DNA of 64,000 nucleotides from Eledone cirrhosa. Lineage: Eukaryota. The DNA is taken from positions 166,098,001 to 166,162,000 of the forward strand of contig OZ024743.1 of assembly GCA_964016885.1 (NCBI GenBank), in the 5' to 3' direction. The notes beneath the pieces were generated by a model. That model was not told the DNA's origin. It did no database searches and worked only from the letters and a program-made list of their open reading frames with translations. The position numbers were made by a program, and so were the translations under genes. Positions 34,493 through 48,124 of this stretch are shown here, one piece after another; positions within the stretch are counted from its first letter, which is position 1; each line of letters begins with the position of its first letter.

Positions 34493-37400
34493 GAATACAC
34501 CTCCCAACATAACCTAGTAGCTAGCATCTTCAGAGCAAGGACTAGACAAAGCTAGAGAGAGATCAACCTGGAGGAGAAGGAAATGCAAGTTAAAGGAGCC
34601 TGCATATGGTCAGAAATTTAGGAGAATCTTGCTTGATACTTTTGACAGTAAGGAAGAAATAGAGACATACAATATAAAAGAGCAGTGGGAGTTCCTAAGA
34701 GATAATCTGGTGAAGGACACAAATGAGATCTGCAGCTAGAGCAGGGCCCCAGGGAGAAGCAGAGCGACTTGGTGATGAAATACTAGGGTAGATATAATTA
34801 AGGCCAAGAGACAGGCAAGGAAATTGTTAAATGGGGGAAACAAGAACCTTTACCAAGAAGCTAGGAGAGAGGCTAGGTGGCAAGTGTACCTGGCAAGGAG
34901 AGAAGCAGAAAATGAAAAGTTCAAGCATGTTTTACAATGCAAGGACTAAAAGTGTGAGGTATTCAGGATTGCAAGGCAATGTGTTAGGGAAAACCGTGAC
35001 GTTGTTGGGGAGAAGTGCATATGTGAAGACAATGGTGCACCCATCCTCACCGACACTGGAAAGAAAGTTGCATGGAAATGCCATTATGAGAGACTGATGA
35101 ACGTCAATGTGTGGGAGGAAGACATCCTGCCCCAAGTGGACCCAACAGAGAGACCAGCTGTACAAATCAGCAACAGTTTAGTAAGTAAGGTAATTAAGGA
35201 TATGAAGAGAGGAAAAGCAGTCGGACCATCGGGAATAGTTACTGAAATGCTGAAAACATCTGGGTTGGGAAGACATACTTTGATCCCCACCATGTCGTAA
35301 ACCAAGTAATACAGAATGGTGACATACCCAATGACTGGTGTAGCAGCATCAATGTCAACTGCTATAAGGGAAAAGGAAATGCACTAGAGAGGCATCAAGT
35401 TGATAGAGCAGGTCATCAAAGTTACAGAAAGAGTCGTCATGCAACTGATTAAAGATCGTATACACCTAAACAAGATATTGTTTGGATTTGTGCCAGGTAA
35501 AAGCACACTGAAGCCCTTTTCCTTGTGAAGCAACTGCAATAGAAGTACTTAGCTAAAAGCAAGCTCCTCTACTTAACATTCGTGGACCTACAGAAAGCAT
35601 TTGACAGTGTCCTCTCTGCTCCATAATCTGGTGGGCCCTCAGAAAACTAGGGGTAGATGAATGGCTTGTGAGGGTGGTATAAACCATATACAGAGGGGCA
35701 ACCAGCAAAATCAAAATAAACAATGATTACAGTGAGGAATTTTGTGTACAGGTGGGGATCGACCAGGACTCCATCATCAGCCTCCCTCCTGTTCATTATT
35801 GTCCTGCTAGCATTAACAGAAGAGTTAAAGACTGATTACCCGTAGGAACTCCTATAGGGTCTTTCCCGGTGGTCTTCAGATTTTCTTCAACTTTTTGCCA
35901 TGAGAGAAGTAATTCCTGAAATTTTCAGTTTCATAGTGTTTACCAATCAGATTTTATGGCCATTTAAAGATTTGGGCAATTTCATTTTTAGAGACATATT
36001 ACTCCAAGTGGCTTTTATATGATGCCTTTGGAACTTGATTTCTTAATCTTCAGTTCTTTAAAGCCACTTGCTTTAAGCTGGCCAATTTTAAAAATCCAGG
36101 TTTTGGGGACTATTTTTGAAAAACTCAAAGTTACCCCACCCCATCTTCTTTTATCATGCAATATGCCTTGCAAGTTTGACAGAAAACTTGAATTCAGTTA
36201 CCCAAAGGCCTGAGTTTCAGTGATTCAAGGGGGTTAAAAAATGGGAAAAGTAAAAAAGGGTTAACCTGCACATTTCTTTTTTAAATTTCTGAATCATGAT
36301 AACTGCTTATCAAGAAGTTGAAACCATATAAAACTATACATATTCTGAAAGTGCACCTAGAGGTGAGTCTAGAAAAATAGACAAAGTATTTTAAACTGAT
36401 GTAAGAATCTATTTGCATCCCCTGAAAATGGCTTGAAATGGAAATTCCCACTTTGGGAGGTAGTTCAGATCCCCAAAAATCAATATGTGACAATTTGGAA
36501 ATCTTTCAAACCTAAATGTCCTTGGACATTGACCTCTTGACTATAAAAAATCCTTAATGTGATTGGCAAATGAGGCTTTATACTTCTGCAATAAGTTACA
36601 TATTCCAAGGTGTTGAAAGTAGAAAAAATTCTTCAAAATGCATATTGATGGGTGGTCAGGTCAATGAAGGTAGTTTTCTCAAAGTACACTTTCCTTCCAA
36701 AGCTCAAGAAGATGAAATGCACTAGCAATGAGTAAAAAATAATAGGAACAATCAGAAACAGAAAGTACCAAAAGCTATTCATAAGCATCATGTCTCATCA
36801 AACTTTGTACTTCTTTTATTTCATCACAAGAAAAATGATAGGATCAACCTGTCCTTTCAGAGGAAGGTGGATCAACTTTCTCTATGATGTTCGCAATTGG
36901 AATCCAACAGATGTCATCATTACTTGGCCAGAAAAATTTGCTTTCAGGGCCTTTGGGATGAAGTAATTTAACCTTAACGTCAGTGTTCCACTGAAACATA
37001 ATTTACTACTCCAAAGTACCAATCATCATTATACTTACAAGCATAGTAAAACCTGGGTAAAACATTTTCAATTGACATAGCACTAGCATTGTTTTGCAAC
37101 AGCAAAGAAGAACAATGGCCAGGTACAAAGCTCATGGTTATATTACTACCACAAGGGATGAATTCATTTCTACATGTGTCTTTGAATGTGGCTGAGTTTG
37201 AATATTGAAGCTCTAGAAACTGTGTCACATGGTTGACAGACTTGACCCCATAAAGAAATTTTCAGGAATTACTTCTCTCATGGATACCTATAAATGGCGA
37301 AAATTTGAAGAAAATCTGAAGACCTCTGGGATGGACTCTTGTTTAATTTCAATGGAATGACCTTATATGCCAACGAATCTGACAGAATTAAAGAAGAAAT

Positions 37401-38872
37401 TTCAGACATAAGGCATAGCTTGGAAACAAAAGGCCTTAAAATCAACTTGGCAAAAACCAAATTCCAAGTAAGTAGAAAGGAAAACAGGGCCCTGATCCCC
37501 TCAGGGAATGGCTCTGCACAGTGTGCAGGAAAGAAGTAGGTAGAAACCCAGATGGGAACACAAGAAATTTAGCGGGAACTCAGGCAAAGAACATAGATTT
37601 CATATGTGGACATTACAAAGGGGCAGTAAGCAAAATCCTACAGGAAACAAGCTCTTTTATATGCACAGAAGATTTCGTAGAACTAGTCAACAGTTTCTGC
37701 AACCTGGGAAACCAAATCAGCAGTGGAGGGGAGGGCACAGAAAGTAGTTGCCACAGTAAGAATGGGATGGAAAAAGTTCAGGGAGCTGCTGCCACTGCTA
37801 GCTACAAAAGGTATCTTGAGATAAAAGGTTAAATTGTATGATGCCTATGTGCAAACAGCAATGCTATATGGAAGTGAAACCTGGGTACTCAGTGATGAGG
37901 ATCTACATAGATTGGAAAGAAATGAAGCTTGCATGTATTGATAGATGTGTAATAGTAACATGCATGAATGGTGAAGTGTAAATGAATAGAGAATGAAGCT
38001 GGTAAAAACCCAGCCTAAACATTGTACGGCTATATGCAAGGAAAGGCACAGCCAACTGGTCAGACTTGTCTTGTTATGGTATCACCTAGTTCCACACTGT
38101 AAACATGGTTGGTGTTAGAAAAGGGTATCCAGCTGTAAAAAATTCGACCAAAATACGGTTTTGTTATGAGCAAGGTATAATGCAACAAACTGGCCAGACT
38201 TGCTTCATAATAGGACCCCCCTCCACACCCAAAGTCCCCACTGTAAATCTAGTAGAGGTTTAGGAACAGCATCCAGCAGTCATAAAAACCCAGCTAATAC
38301 ACAGTTCTGCTATAAGCAAAGTACAGTGCAGTTAATTGGACAGACCTGTCCCATAACGGTACCACTCAGTTCTACACTGGTTGGTTTAGGAAAGGCTCCC
38401 AACAGTCATAAAAACCTAGCCAAAACATTGTCACATTATGATAACTGTAGAGCACGGCCAACTTGCCAAACTCGCCTCATAAAAGGGACCACCCAGTCAC
38501 ACGCTGTAAACATGGTTGGTGTTAGAAAGGGCGTCCAGCAACCATAAAACCTGACCAAAACACAGTCCCACTGTGAGCAAGATATAGTGCAGCCAACTGG
38601 CTAGACCTTCCTTATAATCCCAAAATACGGTTTCGCTAAGAGCAGGGTACAGTGCAGCCAACAGGCCAGACCCTCCGCAACGGGACCACTCAGTCCCACA
38701 CAATAAACGTGGTTAGTGTTAGGAAGGGCATCCAGCTGTAAAACCCCAACCAAAATTAAGTTCCATTCGAGCACGATGCAGCATGGCCAATTGGCCAGAT
38801 TTGACTATAAAGTGGATGTCTTGTCTAACCCATGAAAGCATGGAAAAAATAGATGTTAAACAGTGATGATGA
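34493..38872 (+). mobile_element. Old RTE LINE interrupted by a Sola2-like element, with a multimerised 3' UTR
   Basis: Degraded RT text at 34500-35856 resumes at 37364 (ELLY|AN..), followed by the PHD region, the C-terminus and the RTE tail at 38825-38872. Confidence 0.82.
35857..37363 (-). mobile_element. Sola2-like DNA transposon deletion derivative
   Basis: 4-bp TSD TATA. Terminal inverted similarity GGTCTTCAGATTTTCTTCAA..GCCAT. The right end reads AGGTCATTCCATTGAAAT. Remnant YACKYNDDWYFGVV..VKLLHPKGPESKFFWPSNDDICWIP, which I recall as a Sola2 transposase C-terminus. Confidence 0.65.
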
Positions 38873-38879
38873 TACCATC

Positions 38880-39500
38880 ATAATCCTTTTTTCTGTTTGT
38901 TTTTCATGGGTTGGATGAGTCATTTTCAGCATAACTTCCCTCCACATGGTGTGTTCCTTTGTCATGTCCTTCATGTGTTCCAGCGTTTTGAGATTTCACT
39001 CTCAATACCTAGGTTTTCTTTGGCTTTCCTCTACGGCAGCTTCCTTCCACTGGGAGCTACATACCAGTCTTCTCTCTTGTACACTACATCCGATTCCTCT
39101 TATACCTAGTTTCTCTCTCAGGTCATACATACTTCACTGTTTATGAATATTAACATAATATCCATCAAAGCATGCTCACTTCATTTCACTTCAGCCTTCA
39201 CTGCCTGTGTCTCACTACCAATCAACATTGCACTTCTCACATAAGCATCATTGGGCTGGCCTTTTGTTCAAAGAGAGAAACTATTTGTTGTCAACAGAGG
39301 CATCATACAATCTACTCTTCAGTCATAGAGAAAAAAACCTTTAGTTGTCAACACATGCAGCAGCTCCCTAAACTATTTCCAACCTGTTCTTATTCTAGCT
39401 ACTATTTTTTCAGAGCAGCCTCCACCACTGCTAATTTGGCTGCTTAAGTAGCAGAAACTATTAACTACTTCTATGGAGCCTTCCCAGGATTCAAAAACTA
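38880..39500 (-). mobile_element. Degraded RTE LINE 3' fragment
   Basis: Reverse-complement similarity to the RTE C-terminus and tail. Confidence 0.7.
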
Positions 39501-40468
39501 ACTATCATAATTTTACATATGCTTTCGATTCTGGTATGAGTTGTAACAGTCTATGCCACTTCATATTTGAAGCTACTGTCCTCCCAGACAGGAAGAAGAT
39601 ACACGTCTTGCCCAAACATTCTATTTTTGACCTGGTTTCTACATTTGGACGCATTCTTAACACAAACACTTTCACAGAGTGTACTGGGTGCATCTTTAAC
39701 ATGACTCCAACACTAGTTTGTCTTGCATTACATAAGACTAAAAGTACTCACTACTCACTACTCAACACATATAAGAAATAAAAGATGATGATCAGCAGAT
39801 CAGACTAAGGAAACTATGTTTCTAATGGTCTTTCCATTACTGATACTATCTGATGCTCGCAACTCATGGCAGAAGAATGGAACAGTGTCGATCATCAGAT
39901 GGGATCAAGGAAATGATGTTTCCATTGGTCTTTCCATTGCTGATACTATCTGCTGATTGTAACTCTTGGCAGAAAAGGCAAGATGAAATAGTATCTTAAT
40001 TGAGAACATGTGCCAGGAATTAAACTCATGACATGATGACCATGAATCCAACACCCTAACCACTAGGCCATGCACTGTCATACAAGAATATTCATATATA
40101 AATACAGAGAAAACTAGAAGTAACATGAACTTTACAAGCCAAAGTAAATATAACCTGTCTAGGAGGTTACTGGAACAAGGAAGAGGGAACTGTTTAGTTC
40201 TGGTAGATAACCCCTCTAGTAAGGGTGGTAGGATAAAATACACCAGTGCATGCTGTAAAATGAAAGAAAACAGCAAGCAGTGAGACACTGTTGGAATACA
40301 TAAATCCAGCCTATGCCAGTATGGTAAAATAGACATAAAAGAATGATGATATACACAACAACATAATTCTCGTCTACAAATATCAATATAAACCATAATA
40401 ACACAAGTGTTTTCGGCTTCTAAGCCTATACCATCAAATCTATCTAAATTCCCCACTATATATATATA

Positions 40469-42950
40469 TCATCATCATCATTTTACGTCCGCTTTTCCCT
40501 GCATGCAAGAGTGGGACAAGTCCTATTCAGCACAGCATCTCTCCACTTGTCATAGTCCTTCGTTATCTCCACCGTGAGCTTCAGCGATTTGAGGTCTGCT
40601 CTCACCACCTCCGCCCATGTTTTTTGTGGTCTTCCTCTACTACGTCTTCCTTCAACTAGCATTTCTTCACCCATCGCAGTCTCCTCTCCCGCACACAACA
40701 ATTTATCCCTCTCAGACATAGTTTCTCTCTCAACACATCCATGCTCGGCCGTTCACGCACATTGACATTGCACATCCAATGGAGCATGCAGCATCTCAGC
40801 AACTATCCCCGACGGTCCAGTGGCCTTACCAATTTTCATTTCCTTAATGGCCTCTTGGACCCTATATTCATCAATCTCAATAGCTGGTCCATCTTTCAGA
40901 TCTACTGAGGGTAATTTCTCTCTCTCCCATTCGTTCTCCACATTCATCAGTCTCTCATAATGACATTTCCAGCCTCCTTTTTCTGATCATTTGTGACATT
41001 AAGTACACCGCCATCATTCCGGACACACTTATTTCCAACAACATCCTGATTTGCACTGTCACACTGCCTTGCAATGCGGAACACCACACGTCTCTGATCT
41101 TCCCATCACAGAACATTGGCAAACCTCCTACTCTCAGCCTCCCTGCATGCTAAGTACACCTGACATCTAGCTTCTCTCTTTGCGGCTGTATATCCTTCTA
41201 TACTCCCACCATTTTCCCAAGCGTTCCATGCTAGTCTTTCGTCTCTAATGACCCTATCTGCCGTGCTGTTCCACCACCAGGTCACCCTCTGTTTGGTTGG
41301 AGCTCTGTTCCAGCCACAAGTTTCTTCAGTAGCCTGCAGTAAGTTGTCACGTAAGAAATTCCAATTATCATCTATGTCATACGACTCTAAATCGTCTTCT
41401 TTTTCGTCATATACATCTTGAAGGGATTTCCTAAATTTATATTTTAGTGAAAGGTCTTTTAGCTTACAGACCTTTCTTTTCCACACCTTCCTGTGTGTCT
41501 CATTCTGTCTCTTGCTTACTGAGATATCACTAACGACTAACCTATGTTGTGGGGTACATTCTTCCCCGGGGTATGCTTTGTATTTGACACCATCTGTCTG
41601 CCTCGCTGTCTAACTAGCAAGAAGTCAATCTGGCTTATGTGCTTGCCTGATTTTTAGGTTATTAGGTGGTTGGCGGGTTTCTGGAAGTTAGTGTTGCAAA
41701 TGGTTAGTGCACTTGCATCACAAAATTCAAGAAGCCTCACTCCATTTCTTGAGCCGTAGCCATGCCCACCATGTACCCCAGTGTATCCATCCTGGAGCTG
41801 TCCAGCATGACCATTGAAGTCCACTGCTAGCATAACGATGTCTCCATCCTCTGTCATTGCGGCTGTTTGTAAAAGTTGCTTGTAAAAGCAGTCTTTCTCT
41901 TCTTTACCGAGGCCTGCCTGGGGAGCATAGGCAGAGATGATTGTCATTAGTCTCTTGCCTACAACTAATCTAAGCTTAATTATTCTATTACTAACTCGAA
42001 CTACCTCTATTGTCTTATCGATCCTTCTCTCAGCCAGTAATATGCCTACCCCACCTAACCCATCATCATTACCCACCCAGAAAAACTTATAACTAGATTT
42101 TTGCTTGCGATTAGTCTTCCAGAGGCACCCCTCCATCTCACCTCTTGCACGCAACACACATCCGCATGCCTTCTCTCCAGCATCTCCATTATCTCACCAG
42201 ATCTACCAACTCTGAGACGCGACGTCTTCATATTCTTTCTTGTTCTTTTTCCTGTAATGCGATTGCTAGATGACGGTCGAGGGGTTCTCCTACATGGCCT
42301 CACCAGCCACCCCACTACTGTACGCAGCCCTAACATGGTTAGTGTTATTGCTGTTCACGCAGTTGTTGTTGTGCGATTGCTTGATGACGGTCGGGGGGTT
42401 CTCGCACATGGCCGCACCAGCCACCCCACTACCGTGCGCAGCCCTAACATGGTTTGTGTTATTGCTGTTGACACAGTTGTTGCAATTCTCATTTGTTGTG
42501 CTCATAGTTTTTGGCAGTAGTATATATACTGGTTGGATGCCCTTCCTAACACCAGCACCACTTTACAGCATGGACTGGGTGCTTTTATTTGTGCCACCAA
42601 CACTAGAGAGGTCGTCTTACTGGACTTCTCTAACCCGCACCAATTTATTCGTAGTGGTAGCTCTTCTAGGCGGGTTGCCTACATTACGGCTTACGGAGCC
42701 TCCGTCCACCCCTTGTCTGTTCTATGATATATTCATGAGGGAGTGGTTAGCATACAGCGTCAGGTATGTCTACCGATTGTGGTGGAGGTGGGGCAGGTGG
42801 GTGGTAAGTGAGAACTATAATGGTTTATACACACAAATATATACACACAAATATATATGCAAACACTTTCAATGGCGCATACATATAAAGTTTATATGCA
42901 AACACAATTTCAACACAGTTTATCATCACATACAAATCACATACATACAT
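40469..42950 (-). mobile_element. RTE LINE with both ends retained and a large internal RT deletion
   Basis: 5' UTR with two 114-bp units, APE (DVCCVQEVRW..DFNGH), RVTWWWN. GPSGIVAEML is joined directly to the C-terminus at about 40790. Tail present. Inverted paralog of 48370-52620. Confidence 0.9.
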
Positions 42951-43545
42951 ATCATCATCATCACCGTTTTACGTCCGTTCTTCCACACTAACATGGGTTA
43001 GACGGGTTGCCCTGCTGTGGGCAGTGTCCAGTCGGCTGACCATGCCTTGCACATACGGGAACTGATTCTGGCTTGATTTCTAAAGCTGGATGCCCCTCCT
43101 AACACCCACCTCATTTACAGTGAGTGCTGGGTGCTTTTTCCCGTGGCGCCTACACGTCCACTTTACAGTGTGGGCTGGGCGCTTTTTTGCAGTGGGAGAG
43201 TGTGGGGGCATATTGTCTATATGCTTCAGCTTCGGCTTGTACCCGTGGGGGATCGGGTCTTCTGTATTACTGCGTGACGCCAGAGGTCACGGTTGTGTGT
43301 CATCGCTTTTGAGAGGTGTAATTGGGTAAGGTCGCCTTTTATACCCTCATCCCAGGTCTTCTTGGGTCTCCCCACTCCGTGGTTTCCATCGACTTCTAGT
43401 GCTCTGTACTTTTTTATGCAGCTGTCATCCTTCATATATATATATGTATATATATACTACCGAAAAAGTTTGGAGACATAAAAATAAAAACTTATCATTA
43501 CAAAGTTTTTACAACAATCAGTAGTGTATATATATATATATATAT

Positions 43546-45145
43546 AAATAGAAGTATGTATACGTTCATACATATATGTATACAGACGTACAGTAGTATG
43601 TATACATATATACATACATGCACACATATATATATGTACGTATGGATTCACCGAACATTTAATATAATGCTCAGTGTGTTTGTAAACAAACATCCCGAAT
43701 TAAGCCGTACAGTGTTTAGCAACCATCGTTGCCCTTTTGTTCAACACTGACAAAGGAACAATATACTAGTTTCAAGTTATTAGCTATCGTCAGCACCGTA
43801 TACCTTCCTGCCAGATGATTGAACGTCTAAAAGTATATACTTTCCTTATGAATATTAACGGCTGAGCAGCCTAATTTGCATATCAAGTGAGTTAATCGGC
43901 CGGCGTACCAAAAACGATAAACAGAAAAAATGAAACGAAATTTCATTTCTCACTCTTAGTACGGCTGTTACTTAAATAGAAGTATATATACGTACATACA
44001 TATATGTATACAGACGTACAGTAGTATGTATATTTATATATATACATGCACACATATATATATGTACGTATGGATTCACCGAACATTTATTATAATGCTC
44101 GGTGTGTTTGTAAACAAACATCCCGAATTAAGCCGTACAGTGTTTAGCAACCATCGTTGCCCTTTTGTTCAACACTGACAAAGGAACGATGTACTAGTTT
44201 CAAGCTTATTAGCTATTATCAGCACCGTATACCTTTCTGCCAGATGATTGAACGTCTGAAAGTATATACTTTCCTTATGCATATTAACGGCTGAGCAGCC
44301 TAATTTGCATATCGAGTGAGTTAATCGGCCGGGCGCACCGAAAATTAGGCTGCTCAGCTGTTAATATGCATAAGGAAAGTATATACTTTCAGACGTTCAA
44401 TCATCTGGCAGGTGCTGATGATAGCTAATAAGCTTGAAACTAGTACATCGTTCCTTTGTCAGTGTTGAACAAAAGGGCAACAATGGTTGCTAAACACTGT
44501 ACGGCTTAATTCGGGATGTTTGTTTACAAACACACCGACCATTATAATAAATGTTCGGTGAATCCATACGTACATATATATATATGTGCATGTATATATA
44601 TAAATATACATACTACTGTACGTCTGTATACATATATGTATGTATATATACTTCTATTTAAGTAACAGCCGTACTAAGAGTGAGAAATGAAATTTTGTTT
44701 CATTTTTTCTGTTTATAGTTTTCAGTGCGCCCGGCCGATTAACTCACTCGATATGCAAATTAGGCTGCTCAGCCGTTAATATGCATAAGCAAAGTATATA
44801 CTTTCAGACGTTCAATCATCTGGCAGGAAGGTATACGGTGTTGACGATAGCTAATAAGCTTAAAACTAGTATATTGTTCCTTTGTCAGTGTTGAACAAAA
44901 GGGCAACGATGGTTGCTAAACACTGTACAGCTTAATTCGGGATGTTTGTTTAGAAACACACCGAGCATTATAATAAATGTTCGGTGAATCCATACATACA
45001 TATATATATATATACATACATATATATATATATACATACTACTGTACGTCTGTATACATATATGTATGTACGTATATATACTTCTATTTAAGTAACAGCG
45101 TACTAAGAGTGAGAAATGAAATTTTGTTTCATTTTTTCTGTTTAT
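43546..45145. repeat. Foldback array: two direct units of about 428 bp followed by two inverted units
   Basis: Units start at 43546 and 43974. The symmetry centre is at about 44305-44343, and 44343-45145 is the reverse complement of the left half. Confidence 0.9.
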
Positions 45146-45402
45146 ATATATATATACATATATACATATATACAACCGAAAAAAGTTTGGAGACACAAAT
45201 ACAAACACTTATCCTGTATGAAGTTTTCATAACAATCGCACACTTTCAACATATAGAATTCACGGCACTCAGCACATGCAGAAATAACGGAATTCTCGTG
45301 AGAACCATAATGGCTTATACATACAAATTTATATGCAAACACTTTCAATGGCGTATACATATAAATTTTATATGGAAACACAATTTCAACACAGTTTATA
45401 TC

Positions 45403-45461
<59 letters not shown>

Positions 45462-45819
45462 TATATATATATACAAATCTCATACACATCTACATATACA
45501 AATCTCATACATACATATATATATATATACAACCGAAAAAGTTTGGAGACATAAATATAAACACTTATCTTTACGAAATTTTCACAACATATGATTTATA
45601 TATATATATATGATGATGATGATGATGATAACTACTCCATTACCAAATCTCATTTCGTATCTTTTATCCATAATGGATAAAAGATACGAAATGAGATTTA
45701 AAATCTGTTAAAAATTGGAAGTGCGGCTGGAAAAATAACGGGAAATATACATAAGAAAAATAATATATAAAAATATATAGCAATATAGAAAATAACATAT
45801 ATATATATATATTTATATC

Positions 45820-46810
45820 TCTATATATACAAAACTAGGATGTCTGTCTGTGTAAATCCCTAAAACTCGAGAAGTACCCGACCGATTTTTTTCAAACTTT
45901 ACACATGCGTTACTTATATTTCTTGAAGTGAAATGGGCTAAACTTTTTCTGCCCTAGGGCCCACATTAGGTGAAAAACGCATTTTTAAGGCATTTTTAGG
46001 CTTTTTTTTAGGTGTAACTTAAAGATAATCCAGCCAATTTCCTCGAAATGTGCAGCACACATTAGTTAATCCCCTTGCATTGCTGTAGACAAAAAAAATT
46101 TTCGATTCCATTAATGGTTTCTAGGAAATTTATGAATTAGCATTGGGCATTACATGCCATTTTCATTTTCAATATAAATGCTACTTAAACATCGTATGTA
46201 GTGTATAATATTTCGTTAAAAATTTGGTTTATTTAACAGAGGACACAACACTTACTTATTTTTAAGCAGGACCATTTTTGGGGGATTGAGGAAATGAGGA
46301 CCTTAAAATTTTTTGTCGGCGCCCTGTTGACGCTTTGTGCTTTCATCACACGCAAATCCGGGCCCTGTGTATGTTGCCATGTTATTGACACCGTAAAACC
46401 CACGTCTGTGCTACTTCTACTAAGACCCCTTTTGTTGCACCTACACCGCAGTATGAATACCCTGCTCAAGTACGCCGAACAGCGGTTGTGCTAATTCTGC
46501 GGTGACCCCTTTTGTCATACCTTTGTTGCTGTGTAAATGCAGTGCAACCAGTTGCCGCCCAGTGTTTGTGCTAATTACACTATGACCCCCTTCTGCTGCA
46601 GCTGCGTTGCCACGCTCATATCGTCATCTCCATATCCTTACTTAAACGTACATCTCTACTTGGTTTTCACACAATTGACCACGTCGCTCCTCAATCATTT
46701 CCTGAGAATAAGGGAATTCAAAAAGTACACAGCTACATTCCTCAATCTTTGCATATGCGTGTTGCTATTTCACGTTTCCTACCCTGTGCAATGTCGGGTC
46801 CTGCTGCTAG
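45820..46810 (+). mobile_element. Non-autonomous Helitron-like element
   Basis: 5' TCTATATATACAAAACTAGGATGTCTGTCTGT; 3' ACCCTGTGCAATGTCGGGT hairpin plus CTAG-T. Confidence 0.72.
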
Positions 46811-46842
46811 TATATATATATATATTTCATCATCATCATATA

Positions 46843-48124
46843 CAGGGTGCGAACGATATTTGTTCGCAAGATTACTGTCTAGGAAAAAATAACACAGTAG
46901 TTTTATTTTTTAAGATTTATCAAACTTGGGTCAGTTTGTCTTCATGACTTGTTCTTTCAAATCTCAATCGATAAACCCGCCATAGGCTTTGATGACGGCC
47001 TCAAGGCGGCCTCGGAACCGGCTACAGGCCTTCGTCACTGTCCCCCGACTTAGGCCCCTAAAGGCACTTGTGATCCCGGCCTTCAGATCGTCTTTCGTAT
47101 TGCAGCTAGATTGTTGGTGTCTCGTTCCACAGCGCCCCACACAAAGAAGTCGAGGGGGTTGCAGTCAGGCGAGCTGGGAGGCCAGATGTCAGGTGAAATG
47201 TGGTCAACGAAGTTCTCTGATAGCCAGGCTTGGGTCTTTCGGCTGGTATGGCAGGGTGCTGAGTCTTGCTGCCACACCTACGGCCTACCTGCAGCTACCT
47301 GGTCGATCCAGGGCTTTACTACCTCGCTCAGAACGTGGATGTAGCCATCGGTGTTCAGCTTGAGGCCCTCAGGGAAGAAGTGAGGTGGCATGACGTCACC
47401 TTGACTGCTGACGACACCTAAGACCAATGTTGCCGCTGGAAACTTTGTCTGCATGTCTCTGGGCACATCTTTGGATGAGACAGCGAGCCACCTGTTGTTC
47501 TGGGAGTTGATCTTCTGGTCTTGGCAGAAGTTTTTCTCGGCGGAGTAAAACCACAGCATGTCTGGCTCCAGTGGGTGTTTCAACTTGTTGATCAGCTTCT
47601 TTGCGTGCTTCAGTCGCTTTTCTTGCATCGCCTTTGACAGAAATTGTCCTTTCCTCATCTTGTATGAAACGTAGCGAATGTCTTCATGTACCACCAGCCT
47701 AATGAGCTTTTCATCCACGCCTTTCTCCTTTGCAATGGCATTCATCAACTTGCTAGGTTCATTGTTAATGATATCCTGAACTTCAGCGACGAACTCGGGC
47801 GTTCTGAAGGCGTCAGATTCTCGATCATGTGTTTTCCTCTCTGATGTTGCTTCGTAGTCGAATCCTGAATCTTCCACCATTCTCCTGCTGACGCTGAGAA
47901 AGTCTGAAATTTCTTTATTTGTCCTCCCGGTGCGGATTCCAAGAAGAACTCTGTGTCTCGTCCACAAATTTGGAGGTTCAAAATTATTCATAATCAATTA
48001 TTCTGAAAATAAATAATGGAAATATAGTCACTGTTTTTATGAAGACAAGAGTGACAACGGAAGTAAAAAAAATGTGCATAAAATTAGCAGTTGAAAATTG
48101 CGAACAAATATCATCCACACCCTG
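46843..48124 (-). mobile_element. maT (DD37D) Tc1/mariner transposon, near full length, transposase disrupted
   Basis: TA TSD. 27-bp TIRs CAGGGTG.G..GATATTTGTTCGCAA. WQQDSAPCH..SPDCNPLD with 37 residues between the Asp residues. First Asp mutated (YSAEKNF) and a stop at 47278. Confidence 0.93.
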
